Assembly (NCBI RefSeq): GCF_963921235.1
Contig: NC_086097.1
Span: 108,316,001-108,380,000 of the forward strand
DNA length: 64,000 bases
From: Mobula hypostoma
Lineage: Eukaryota
Direction: 5' to 3'
Every line of letters starts with the position of its first letter. The stretch's first letter is position 1. This document shows positions 51,200 through 63,177 of this stretch, one piece after another. The position numbers and the translations under genes were made by a program. The notes under the pieces were generated by a model. It ran no database searches, had not been told where the DNA came from, and was given only the letters and a program-made list of their open reading frames with translations.

Positions 51200-52080
51200 G
51201 GTAGTGCAGGAAGATTGCCAAAGAATGTAGCAGAATACCGATCAGTTGTAGATAACGGGCAGAGAAACAGCAGATGGAGTTTAATCTGGCCAAGTGTCAG
51301 GTGTTACATTTTGGAAGATCACAAAGTACACAGTTAATGGCAGGACCTTGTTGACGTACAGAGAGGCATCCTGGAGTCCAAGTCCAGAGCTCCCTGAAAG
51401 TGTCTGCACTTTACTAGGTTAGTAAAGAAGGTGTATTGCATGCTTGCCCATTAGTCAAGGGATTGTTTTCAAGAGTCAGGAAGGTATATTGCAATATTCC
51501 ACATGCAGCTAGTTTGGCCGCATTTGGAGCACTGCATTCAGTTTGGGTTGCTTCGTTATAGGAAGGATATAGGTACTTTGGAGAGGATACAGAAGAGTCC
51601 TAACAGGACACCACAGTCTGGATAACAGAGCATATTCTATGAGGAGAAATCGGATAAACGGGTTGTTTTCTGTGGAGTGCCAGAGCCCGAGGGTAGATCT
51701 GTGGTCGAAGGTTAGAAATTTATGAGAGGCACTGAGAGTAAACACCCAGTATCTTTATACAGTACCAGAGTTGAAATGTACCACCAGAGGGCATGCATTT
51801 AAAGTGAGAGGGGGTAATTCTAAAAGAGATGGCTTGGGGGAAGTATTTTTTACAGGGAGTGGTGGGTGCCTGGAATGCTCTGCCGGGGTGGTAGTGGAGG
51901 CAGATGGGATAGAGATGTTAAGAGACTGTTAGATAAGAAAATGACTATGCAAAGAATGGAGGGATATGGATATGTGTAGGCAAAAGAGGCTAATTTAGTA
52001 GACCTTTAGTGACTTGTTTCATTAGTTTGCTGCAACGTTGTAGGCCATCGTGCACAGTCTGTTCCTGTGCTGTTCTATGT
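51200..52080 (+). mobile_element. Old CR1 3' portion
   Basis: CAGATGGAGTTTAAT...GTTACATTTTGG; GGCCGCATTTGGAGCACTGC; TTCTATGT tail. Confidence 0.75.
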
Positions 52081-53711
52081 CAAAGTTCAAAGTAAACTTT
52101 ATTATCAAAGCACATACATGTCACCATACGCAACCCTGGGATTCACCTTCCTGTGGGCATACTCAGCAAATCTATAGAATAGTAACTATAACAGGATCAG
52201 TGAAAGATCAACCAGAGTGCAGAAGACAACAAACTATACAAATTCAAGTAAGTAGCAATAAATAATGAGAATATGAGATAAAAAGTCATTGGTTGTGGGA
52301 AGCATCTCAGTGATGGGCAAGTGAATGTAGTTATTTCCTTTTATTCAACAGCCTGATGGTTGAGGGGTAGGAACTGTTCCTGAACCTGGTGGTGCGAGTC
52401 CTGAGGCTCCTGTACCACTTTCCTGATGGCAGCAGCAAGAAGAGAGAGATCTGTTAATACCCAATAATACATTAATGTGATTGAGGTCCAACACTTTAAC
52501 CACTCTAGTGCTTTTGCTGGATAAAAGAAGATTATTGGATGCAAAAAGTATGGCTGTAATTGGCAAGAGTGCCCAGAAACCACTCAATGCGCTCTATGTA
52601 AGATTATTAACAATATTTGGATTGCATAAAAGTAGAGTGGTTGGTTGCCCAAGGTTGGGAATTTTTGAGAATGAGGAGATAATGGTAGGAGCAAAGGGAG
52701 TTGTCACAATGTGGTTCTGAGGCTCTTTTGCAGGGAATCGCCTGTTCACTACATTTAATAATGTATCAAGTTGGCAGGAATATAGGCTGGTTGCTGTTTA
52801 ATTGAATAAATAAGATCTGTTACAGATCCTGTTTGAAGATGGGCCAGTCTGAGGCCTTTGAATTAGGACTTAGGAAAATAAAGTAAAATAATTTATCGTT
52901 GGTGAACAAGTGCAGACTGAGATCTCAAAAATTCGAGAATCCACGTGCTTAATTTGTTTTTAAAATCATAGATAAGAGTCAATTACATCCATGTGACCAA
53001 TGAACCTACTAACCTATACATAGAGTCATAGAGTACTACAGTGCAGAAACAGGCCCTTCAGCCCAGCTACTCCATACCGAACTGTTACTTTGCCTAGACT
53101 TATCGACCAACTGGACCATAGCCCTCCATAATGATCCCATCCATCTACTTATCCAAACTTCTCTTAAATCAAACCCTCATCCACCACTTCAACACTTGCA
53201 CAACCTTCTGAGTAAAAGAAATTCCCCCTCAGGTTCTCCTTAAATATTTCACCTTTAACTCTTAACCTATGACCTCTAGTTCCAGTCTCACTTAACCTCA
53301 GAGAAAAAAGCCTGCTTGCATTTATCCTATCTACAGGACTGAAGGTGTTATATTTGAATGCATGCAGTACACTGAATAAGGTAATTGAACTTGTAGCGTA
53401 CTTGAGGATTGGTAGGTATGATATTCTGGGCAACATTCCTTCATGGCTGAAAGAAGATCATAGTTGGGAGCTTAACATCAAAGTGTGCACATCGTATAAC
53501 AATAATTGGCAGTTAAGCAGAAGGGGTGGGGTGACACCTTAGAAAGTGTGTTGACGTAGGATTGGAAGATGTAGAATCCTTGTGGGTAGAGTTAAGAAGC
53601 TGCATGTGTAAAAAGGCCCTGGTAGGAGTTAGATACAGACCTCCGAACAGTAGCTAAGATGTGGAATACAAATTATGATGGGAGATGGAAAAGACATATA
53701 AAAAGGACGAT

Positions 53712-53948
53712 TTAAACGCAAACAACAGGAATTCTGCAGATGCTGGAAATTCAAGCAACACACATCAAAGTTGCTGGTGAATGCAGCAGGCCAGGCAGCA
53801 TCTGTAGGAAGAGGTGCAGTCGACGTTTCAGGCCGAGACCCTTCGTCAGGACTCGACAAAGGGTCTCGGCCTGAAACGTCGACTGCACCTCTTCCTACAG
53901 ATGCTGCCTGGCCTGCTGCGTTCACCAGCAACTTTGATGTGTGTTGCT
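53712..53948. mobile_element. Short fold-back PLE insertion; intact minus-strand hammerhead at 53818-53853
   Basis: ~95-bp near-perfect inverted arms centred ~53852; 13-bp TSD TAAAAAGGAC(G/A)AT at 53699-53711 and 53949-53961. Confidence 0.92.
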
Positions 53949-55596
53949 TAAAAAGGACAATGTTAGGATAGTCATGTGGGATTTCAATATGCAGGTAGAT
54001 TGGGAAAATCAGGTTGGTGCAGGAAGCCAAGAAAGGGAAATTGTAGAATGCTTACAAGATAGCTTTTTAGATTAGCTTGTGATTGAGTGCACTGGGGGAA
54101 AGGCAATTCTGGATTGGGTGTCAGGAGTTTAAGGTTAAGGAAATAATCATAATATGATAGAATTTACACTGTAGTTTCAGAGGGAGAAGTCAGATGGTCA
54201 TTATTACAGTGGAGTAAAGGGAATTACAGAAGCATGAGAGAGCAGTTGGCCAAGGTTGTTAGTTTGGAAGGGGCACTACAGGGATGACAGCGGAATACCA
54301 GTGGCTGGAGTTTCTGGGAACAATTCAGAAGGTTCAGGATAGATATATCCCAAAAAAGAAGTATTCTAAAGGGAGGATGAGGTAAACGTAACTGACAAGG
54401 GAAGTCAAAGGCAGCATGAAAGGAAAAGAGAGGGCATATAATATAGCAGAAATTAGTGGGAAGTTAGAGGATTGGGAAGCTTTTAAACAGAAGGCAATGA
54501 AAAGAATGAGTGAAAAGATGATAATATGAAGGTAAACTAGCCAATAATATAAAAGAGGATACCAAATTGTTTTGCAGTTATATAAAGAGTAAAAGAGCAG
54601 AGAGTAGATATTGGACCACTGAGAAATGACACTGGAGAGGTTTTAATGGGGAGGGGGGGGACAAAAAGGTGGCAGAGGAATTTAAAGTATTTTGCGCCGG
54701 TTTTCACTGTGGAGGACACTAGCAGTATGCCAGTAATTCAGGAGTGTCAGGGGGCAGAAGTGAGTGTAGTTCCTTTCACTAAGAAGAAGGTGGTTGAGAA
54801 ACTGAAACGTCTGAAAGTAGATAAGTCACCTGGACCAGATGGACTACACCCCAGGGTTCTGAAAGATTGTGGAGGCATTAATAGTGATCTTTTACGAATC
54901 ATTAGATTCTGGAATGGTTCTGGAAGTCTGGAAAATTGCAATTGTCACTCCCTCTTTAAAAGGGAGGGAGGCAGAACAAATGAAAATGTAGGCCAGTTAG
55001 CCTGACTTCAGTGATTGTGAAGATGTGTAGTTAGGGATGAGGTTTTGAGATACTTGGAGCCACATGATAAAACAGGCCAAAACCAGCCTGTTTTCCTTAA
55101 GAAGAACTCCTGCTTGACAATCTGTTGGGATTAACAAACAGGATAAACAAAGTAGAGTCAGTGGATGTTGTTTATGTGGATTTTCAGAACGCCTTTGACA
55201 AGGTACCGCACTTGAGGTTGCTTAACAAAGTAAGAGCCCTTGGTGTTACAGGAAAGTTACGAGCATGGATAGAAGATTGGCTGACTGGCAGGAGGCAAAG
55301 AGGGAGAATAAAGGGGCCTTTTCTGGTTGGCTTCCGGTGACTAGTGGTGTTCCGCAGAGTTGGGACTGATCCTTTTTGTGTTGAATGCTAATAATTTTGA
55401 TGATCGAATGGATGGCTTTGTTGCCAAGTTTGTGGACAATACAAAGATAGATGGAGGGGTAGTTAGTTTTGAGGAGGCAGGGAGTCTGCAGAAGGACATG
55501 GACAGATTGGGTGAATGGGCAAATAAGTGGCAGATGTACTAAAGTGTAGGGAAGTGTATGGTCATGCACTTTCGTAGAAGGAATTAAAGCGTAGAC

Positions 55597-55675
55597 CAGG
55601 GGTTTCCAACCTTTTTCATGGCGTGAACCAATACCTTTAAGCAAGAGGTCCGTGGACCCAGGTTGGAAATCTCTG
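55597..55675. mobile_element. 79-bp hAT (Buster-type) MITE
   Basis: TIRs CAGGGGTTTCCAACC/GGTTGGAAATCTCTG; 8-bp TSD GCGTAGAC/GCATAGAC. Confidence 0.88.
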
Positions 55676-56734
55676 GCATAGACCATTTTCTAAATGGGGA
55701 GAAAAAGTTAAAACCAGAGGTGTAAAAATTCAAAAATCCGAGTCCCGGTGCAGGATTCCCTAAGGGTTAACTTGCAGATTGAATTAGTTGCAATGAAGGC
55801 AAATGCAACGTTAGCATTCATTTTGAGAGGACCAGGATAGAAAAGCAAGAATGTAATGCTGAGGCTTCATAAGGCATTGGTGAGCAGTGTTACACCCTAA
55901 ATAGATGTGTTGGCATTGGAGAGGTCCAGGAGAGGTTCATGAGATTGATTCCAGGAATGAAAGGGTTAATTTATGAGGAGTGTTTGATGGCTCTGGGTCT
56001 GTACTTGCTGGAGTTTAGAAGAATGAGAGGGGATCTCATTGAATCCTATTGAAGAATATGAGAGAATATTATTGAAAGCTATCGAATATTGAAGGGACTA
56101 GATTGAGTGGATGTGAAGAGGATGTTTCCAATGGTGGGGGAGTCCGGGACCAGTGGGCACAGCCTCTGAATAGAGGGACATCCATTTAGAACAGAGATGT
56201 GGAGGAATTTCTTTTGCCAGAGGGTAGTGAATTTGTGGAATTCAATGCCACAGGCGGCTGTGGAGGCCAGGTCATTGGGTATTTTTATTAAGTGGACATT
56301 GATAGCCTGTTGATTAATCAGGATGCCACAGGTTACATGGAGAAGGCAGGAGAATGGGGATGAGAGGGATAATAAATCCACAATGATAGAATGGTGGTAC
56401 AGTCTCAAATGCCCCAATGTTGCTCCTATGTCTTATGGTCTTATACCCCTCATAGTTTTGTATACTTCTATCAAATCACCCCTCATTTTCCAATGCTGTG
56501 TGGAATAAAGTCCTAACCTATAAGACCATACGATATAGGAGCAGAAGCAGGCCATTTGGCCCATCGAGACTGCCCTGCCATTCAATCAAGGGCTCATCCA
56601 ATTCTTCCAGTCATCCCTGCTCCCCTGCCTTCTCCCTTTCCCTTTTGATGCCCTGGCTAATCAAGAACCCATCTATCTCTGCCTTAAATGCACCCAATGA
56701 CTTGGCCTCCACAGCCGCTCATGGCAACAAATTC

Positions 56735-59700
56735 ATAAGAAATAGGAGCAGGAGTAGGCCATCCGGCCCATCGAGCCTGCCCCGCCATTCAATAAGATCA
56801 TGGCTGATCTGTCCATCCACCTGCCTTTTCCCCATAACCCTTAATTCCCTTAATATGTAAAAACCTTTCTGTTTCTTAAATATATTTAGTGAGGAAGCCT
56901 CAACTGCTTCCCTGGGCAGAGAATTCCACAGATTCACCACTCTCTGGGAAAAACAGTTTCTCCTCATCTCTGTCCTGAATCTTCTCTGCTGAATCTTGAG
57001 ACAATGACCCCTAGTTCTAGTCTCACCTACCAATGGAAACAACTTTCCTACTTCTATTTTATCTCTCCCGTTCAAAATTTTGTATGTTTCTATAAGATCC
57101 CCACTCATTCTTCTGAACTCCAGAGAATATAGTCCCAGGTGACTCAATCTATTCTCATAGGTTAACCCCTTCATCCCTGGAATCAACCTGGTGAACCTCC
57201 TCTGCACTGCCTCCAAAGCCAGTATATCCTTCCTCAAGTATGGAGACCAGAACTGCACACAGTACTCCAGGTGCGGCCTCACCAGTACCCTGTATAGTTG
57301 CAGCATGACCTCCCTGCTCTTGAATTCAATCCCTCTAACAATGAAGGCCGTTTGCCTTCTTAATAACTTGTACCTGCAAGCCAATTTTTTGCGATTCATG
57401 AACAAGTACTCCCGAATCCCTCTGCACAACAGCATGCTGCAATCTTTCACCATTTAAATAATCATCTGCTCTTCTATTATTCCTTCCAAAGTGGATGATC
57501 TTGCATTTACCAGCATTGTATTCCATCAGCCAGAACTTCGCCCACTCACTTAACTTATCTATATCCCTCTGCAGACTCTCTACACCCTCTGTACAATTTG
57601 CTTTTCCACTCAGTTTAGTGTCATCAGCAAATTTTGCCATGCTACACTCAATCCCCTCTTCCAAATCATCAACGTAAATGGTAAACAGCTGTGGGCCCAG
57701 CACTGACCCCTGCGACACCCCACTCACCACTGACTGCCAATCGGAGAAACACCCATTTATACCAACTCTCTGAATTCTGTTGGTTAACCAATCCACTATT
57801 CATGCCAATACACTTCCTCCGACTCTATGCATCCGAATCTTATTTATAAGTCTCTTGTGCGGCACCTTATCAAACGCCTTCTGGAAATCCAAGTATATGA
57901 CATCCACCTGTTCCCCTCTATCCACTGCACTCATTATGTCCTCAAAGAACTCCAGTAAGTTTGTCAAACAGGACCTGCCCTTTCCGAATCCATGCTGCAT
58001 CTTTCTCATGGAAATGTTTTGCTATTTCTTCCTTAATGGCAGCCGACTACAGATGTTAAGCTAACTGGCCTATAGTTGCCCGTCCTTTTCCTACATCCTT
58101 TTTTAAAAAGTGGCGTGACATTTGCTGTCTTCCAATCTGCTGGGACCTGCCCAGAATCTAGAGAGTTTTGGTAAATGATTACCAATGTGTCTACTATAAC
58201 CTCTGCCAATTCCTTCAACACCCTGGGATACATCCCATCAGGACCAGGGGACTTATCTACCTTCAGGCCCTCTCATTTGCTCTCATTTGACAGTGATTTT
58301 ATTGAGGTCCTCACCTCCCATTTCGTCCATAACATCCTTCTTTGGTGTATTAGATGTGTCCTCCAGCCTGAAGACCGACACAAAATAGTCATTTAATGCC
58401 TCAGCCATTTCCTTATCACCCAGTATCAATTTCCCTTTCTCATCTTCGAAGGGACCTATGTTGACTTTAGCCACCCTCTTCTGCTTTATATATTTACAAA
58501 AACTTTTGTTATCTGTTTTTATATTTTGTTCTAATTTACTTTCATACTCTATCTTCCCTTCCCTTATTTCTTGTTTAGTTGTTCTCTGTTGCTTTTTAAA
58601 GTTTTCCCAATCCTCCAGTCTCCCACTACACTTTGCAACTTTGTACACATGAGCTTTTAATTTGGTACTATCTTTTATTTCCTTGGTTATCCAAGGCTGG
58701 CTCTCCCCGCACTTACTGTCCTTACTTTTGACTGGAATATACTTTTGTTGAGCATTGTGAAAATTTGAAAGTATTCCAGTGTTCCTCAACTGTCCTACCA
58801 ATTAGCCTGCGCTCCCAATCCACAGTAGCCAACACCTCCCTCATCCCATTGTAGTCTCCCTTGTTCAAGCATCTAGACTTCAAGCATCCTCCATCTGAAT
58901 GTGAAATTCAATCATACTATGATCACTCTTTCCAAGAGGATCCCTGACTACAAGATCGATAACCTTACCTGTCTCATTGCACAAGACTAGATCTAAGATA
59001 GCATTTTCCCTTGTAGGTTCACTAACATGCTGCTCAAGAAAGCCATCACGGATGCATTCTATAAAGTCCTCCTCAGGACTTCCATGACCAACCTGATTCA
59101 CCCAATCTATGTGGAAGTTAAAATCCCCCATGACAACTGCCGTACCGTTCTTACAAGTCTCAGTTATTTCTTGGTTAATTGCCTCTGCCACTGCAATATT
59201 TTTATTAGATGGCTTATAGACAACACCCACCAGTGATTTTTTTTTCCCTTTACTATTCTTAATCTCTACCCAGATGGACCCAACATTGTGCTCTGTAGAT
59301 CTTATATTGTCTCTTGCAATCGCCCTGATCTCATCCACAATCAAAAGCACCACCCCACCTCCTTTGCCTTCCTGCCTATCTTCCCGTATTACCTGATGCC
59401 CTTGGATATTTAATTCCCAGTCATCTCCACCTTGCAACCAGGTTTCTGTAATGGCCACTAAATCATATGCCTTAGTACTGATCTGTGCCACAAGTTCACT
59501 AACCTTGTTTCTAATACTGCGGGCATTCAGATAAAGTGCCCTTATACTCATTGTCCTTTTAGCATCTAGTGACCTATGCGATTTTTGCTTTTTAGTTTTA
59601 TGCACTCTACCCTTACATTTTTCTTCACTAACTCTAGCTATGGTCTCTGCATCACTTCCCTCTTCTTTTCTGTGTGGGTTCCCATCCCCCTGTTATTAGT

Positions 59701-60910
59701 TTAAAACCTCCCCAACAGCACTAGCAAACAATCTCCCTAGGACATTGATCCCAGCCCTGCCCAGACGTAGACCATCCGGACGGTACGGGTCGGACCTCCC
59801 CAGAAGCGGTTCTAATGCCCCAAGAATCTGAAACCCTCCCTCCTGCACCACTGCTCAAGCCACATATTCATTCTAGCTATCCTGCTATTCCAACTCTGGC
59901 TAGCACGTGGCACCGGTAATAATCCTGAGATGATTACCTTTGAGGTCTTACTCTTTAATTTATCTCCTAGCTCCCTAAATTCAGTTTGTAGGACGTCATC
60001 CTGCTTTCTTCCTATATCGTTAATACCTACATACACCACGACAGCTGGCTGCTCACCCTCCCCTTTCAGAACTCCCTGCAGCCTCTCTGAGACATCTCTG
60101 ACTCTTGCACCCGGGAGGCAGCACACCATACGAGAGTCCTGTTTGCAGCCACAGAAGCTCCTCTCTATTCCCTTTACCATGGAATCCCCTCCCACAACAG
60201 CTCCGTCACTCTTTTTCTTGCCCTCGTGCACAGCAGAGCCACCCACGGTGCCATGATCCTGGCTACTGCTGCCTTCACCTGATGAGCCATCTCCCCCAAC
60301 AGACTCCAAAGCGGTATATCTGTTTTGGATGGAGATGACCGCAGGAGACTCCTGTACTACCTTCCTGCGACTACTCATCCTGTTGGTCACCCATTCCCCA
60401 TCTTTCCTTAGATCCTTAAACTGCAGTGTGACCAACTCACTAACTGTGCTATCCACAACATTCTCAGCATCTCGGATGCTCCAAAGGGAGTCCATGCGCA
60501 GCTCCAGTGCTGCCATGTGGTCTATCAGGAGCTGTGGATGGACACACTTCCTGCACACGTAGTCTTCAGGGACACTGTCAGCCTCCCTGAGTTCCCACAT
60601 GTCACAGGAGGAGCATGACATGGGTCTGAGCTCACCTGCCATGTCAGAGCAATGGATGTTAGCGGGAGAGGACCACGGGAGAAAGGGAAGAGCCCGCTGG
60701 GGAAGTCGAAGACTTATCCGTGAATCTTTGCGAATCAGTCCTTCGCCTTGGCCCTTCTTCGCCGAAGCCCCTTTTGAGCCAAAGTCCTCTCACTCTGCTG
60801 CCCGCTGTATATGGCAGTCTTCTTTTTTAAACTCTTCCCGCTCTCCACTGGCTGGCACCTGCACAGTCTTGCCTCTCTTTACCCCGAGTAGTAAAATGCC
60901 TTCTCTCTGA
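56735..60910 (-). mobile_element. Apparently full-length but inactivated CR1 LINE (5' UTR, ORF1, ORF2 EN-RT, 3' UTR)
   Basis: ORF1 59812-60642; EN LYLNARSI..AITETWL..VMGDFN..SDH; RT pieces; AAATTC duplicated at 56729-56734 and 60911-60916. Confidence 0.92.
59812..60642 (-). pseudogene. CR1 ORF1 (Zn finger, coiled coil, SGNH esterase-like domain), premature stop
   Basis: CSSC...CRKC; GDSMVKG; PGARVRDV; VGINDIG; stop before the DGLH block. Confidence 0.88.
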
Positions 60911-61065
60911 AAATTCTACAGATTTAACACCCTGACTGAGGTAATTTCTCTGCATCTCTGTTCTAAATGGACGTCCCTCAATCCTGAAGTCGTGCCCTCT
61001 TGTCCTGGACTCCCCTACCATGGGAAATTACTTTGCCATATCTAATCTGTTCAGGCCTTTTAGCA

Positions 61066-61465
61066 ACACACATCAAAGTTGCTGGTGAACGCAGCAGGCC
61101 AGGCAGCATCTCTAGGAAGAGGTATAGTCGACGTTTCAGGCCGAGACTCTTCGTCAGGACTAACTGAAGGAAGAGATAGTGAGAGATTTGAAAGTGGGAG
61201 GGGGAGGGGGAGATCCAAAATGATAGGAGAAGACAGGACAGGGAGGGATGGAGCCAAGAGCTGGACAGGTGATTGGCAAAGGGGATATGAGGATCATAGG
61301 ACAGGAGGCCTGGGGAGAAAGACGGCGGGGGGGGGGAACCCAAAGGATGGGCAAGGGGTATAGTCAGAGGGACAGAGGGAGAAAAAGGAGAGTGAGAGAA
61401 AGAATGTGTGTATAAAAATAAATAACGGATGGGGTACGAGGGGGAGGTGGGGCATTAGCGGAAGA
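61066..61465 (-). mobile_element. PLE 3' UTR insertion with hammerhead motif at 61126-61161
   Basis: Same family as 35494-36941; TSD CCTTTTAGCA at 61056-61065 and 61466-61475. Confidence 0.9.
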
Positions 61466-62872
61466 CCTTTTAGCATTTGGAAAGTTTCTATGAGATTCCC
61501 CCATCTGCTGAACTCCAGAGAATACAGCCCAAGAGCTGCCAGACATTCCTCATACGCTGAACCCTCTCCAATGTCAGTATACCCTTTCTAAAATAAGGAG
61601 CCCAAAACTGCACACAATACTCCAAGTGTGGTCTCATGAGTGCCTTAAAAGAGCCTCAACATCACATTATATTCTATACCTCTAGAAATGAATGTAAACA
61701 TTGCATTCGCCTTCTTCACCACTGACTCAACCTGGAGGTTTCCTTTAGGGTATCCTGTACAAGGACTACCAAGTCCCTTTGCATCTCTGCATTCTAAATA
61801 ATAGTCTGCCCATTTATTTCTTCCACCAAAGTGTATGACGATACACTTTCCAACATTGTATTTCATTTGCCACTTCTTTGCCCATTCTCTTAAACTATCT
61901 AAGTCTCTCTGCAGGCTCTCTGTTTCCTCAACACTACCCACTCCTCCACCTATCTTTGTATCATTGGCAAATTTAGCCACAAATCCATTAATCCCATAGT
62001 CCAAATCATTGACATACATCGTAAAAACCTATCCAAACTTTTCCAATAACTCAGGTCCTCAAGAGCTTTGTAAATTTTCTCTGTATTCTTTACCTTTCCT
62101 ACCCAGCTGGCTTCACCTTTTACCTTCCAGCAAGCCTCCTATCCCCCCCCCCACCTTTTTATTCGGGCACCATCCCCCATCCTTTCGAGCCCTGAAGAAG
62201 GGTTTTGAGCCAAACCTGCTACTGTTGTTCACTTCCATTAATCCTGTCCAACCTGCTGAGTTCCTGCAGCATTTCGTGTGTGTTACTTATATATTCAGTT
62301 CTATACAATACCTTCCAATAATTTACTCACTACTGAACTCAGTCTCACAAGCCTATACATTTCCGGGCTTATTCTGAGAATCTTTCCAGAGCAATGGTAC
62401 ATTAGTGGTCCTCCGGCACCTTATCCATGGCCAGGGGTGTTTTAAATACCTCCATTAGTACCCTGCAAACTCTGCACTAGCCTTCCACAAGGGCTGAGGG
62501 GACTTACTGACCCTAATTTGCCTCAAGGCAACAAGTGCCTCCTCCATCTCCTGAGCACATACAGATGCAACAAATCCATTTAAAATCTCGCCCCATGCTC
62601 ACCATGCTGATCCTCAAATGGACCAATTCTGTCTCTTTTGCTTTTAATAGATCTGTAGAGGCCCTTGAGATTCTCCTTCACCTTGTCTTCTAGAGCAATC
62701 TCCTGCCTTCTTTTAACCCTCCTGATTTCCCCCTTAAATGTTCTCTTGCATTTCTTATACTCCTCAAGTACCTTGTTGCCTATACCTGCTATGCACCACC
62801 TTCTTCTTAACCAGGGTCAATAACACTCGAAAGCCAAGGTTCCATTAACCAGTTAGCCTTGTCTTTTACTCT

Positions 62873-63177
62873 GGGCGGCATGGAGGGTAGCAGTTAGCGC
62901 AATCACTTTACAGTGCCAGAAATTATCAGTCAGAGTTTAATTCCCGTTGCTGTCTCATTAGGAGTTTGTATATTCTCCCTGTGACCACATGGCCTGGTTG
63001 CCTTCCACATTTCAAAGGTGTAAGGTTAGGGTTAGTGTGGGTTATGTTGGTGCTGGAAGTGTGGCAATACTTTCCAAGATGTTCCTAGCACAACCCTCGT
63101 TGATTTGATTGGACGCAAATGATGCATATCACTCTGTTTTGATGCTCATGTAACAAGTAGAACTAATCTAATCTAAA
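62873..63177 (+). mobile_element. tRNA-derived V-SINE-like element
   Basis: GGGCGGCA..GGTAGCAGTTAGCGC head, degenerate B box, GGAGTTTGTATATTCTCCCTGTG V-domain, CTAAT tail. Confidence 0.72.

Larger units (their letters stand above)
53334..56443 (+). mobile_element. Decayed CR1 ORF2 and 3' UTR inserted in an older minus-strand CR1
   Basis: LYLNACS, KSPGPDGLHPRVLK, DFQNAFDKV, KFVDNTK; TCTTATG tail. Confidence 0.9.
56522..62025 (-). mobile_element. 5'-truncated CR1 hosting a full-length CR1 and a PLE
   Basis: 3' end 56522-56734 resumes at 60911; flanked by AACCTAT at 56515-56521 and 62026-62032. Confidence 0.8.

Noticed and set aside
17658..53948. Short palindromes as DNA-transposon MITEs or miRNA genes
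   Set aside because: Arms are PLE 3' UTR sequence, asymmetric, with 13-14 bp TSDs unlike Tc1 or hAT.
2715..61363. Recurrent ORFs MLVNAAGQAASVGRGAVDVSGRDPSSG and SPDEGSRPETSTAPLP as a small-protein family
   Set aside because: Chance frames in PLE 3' UTR copies; they recur because the repeat recurs.
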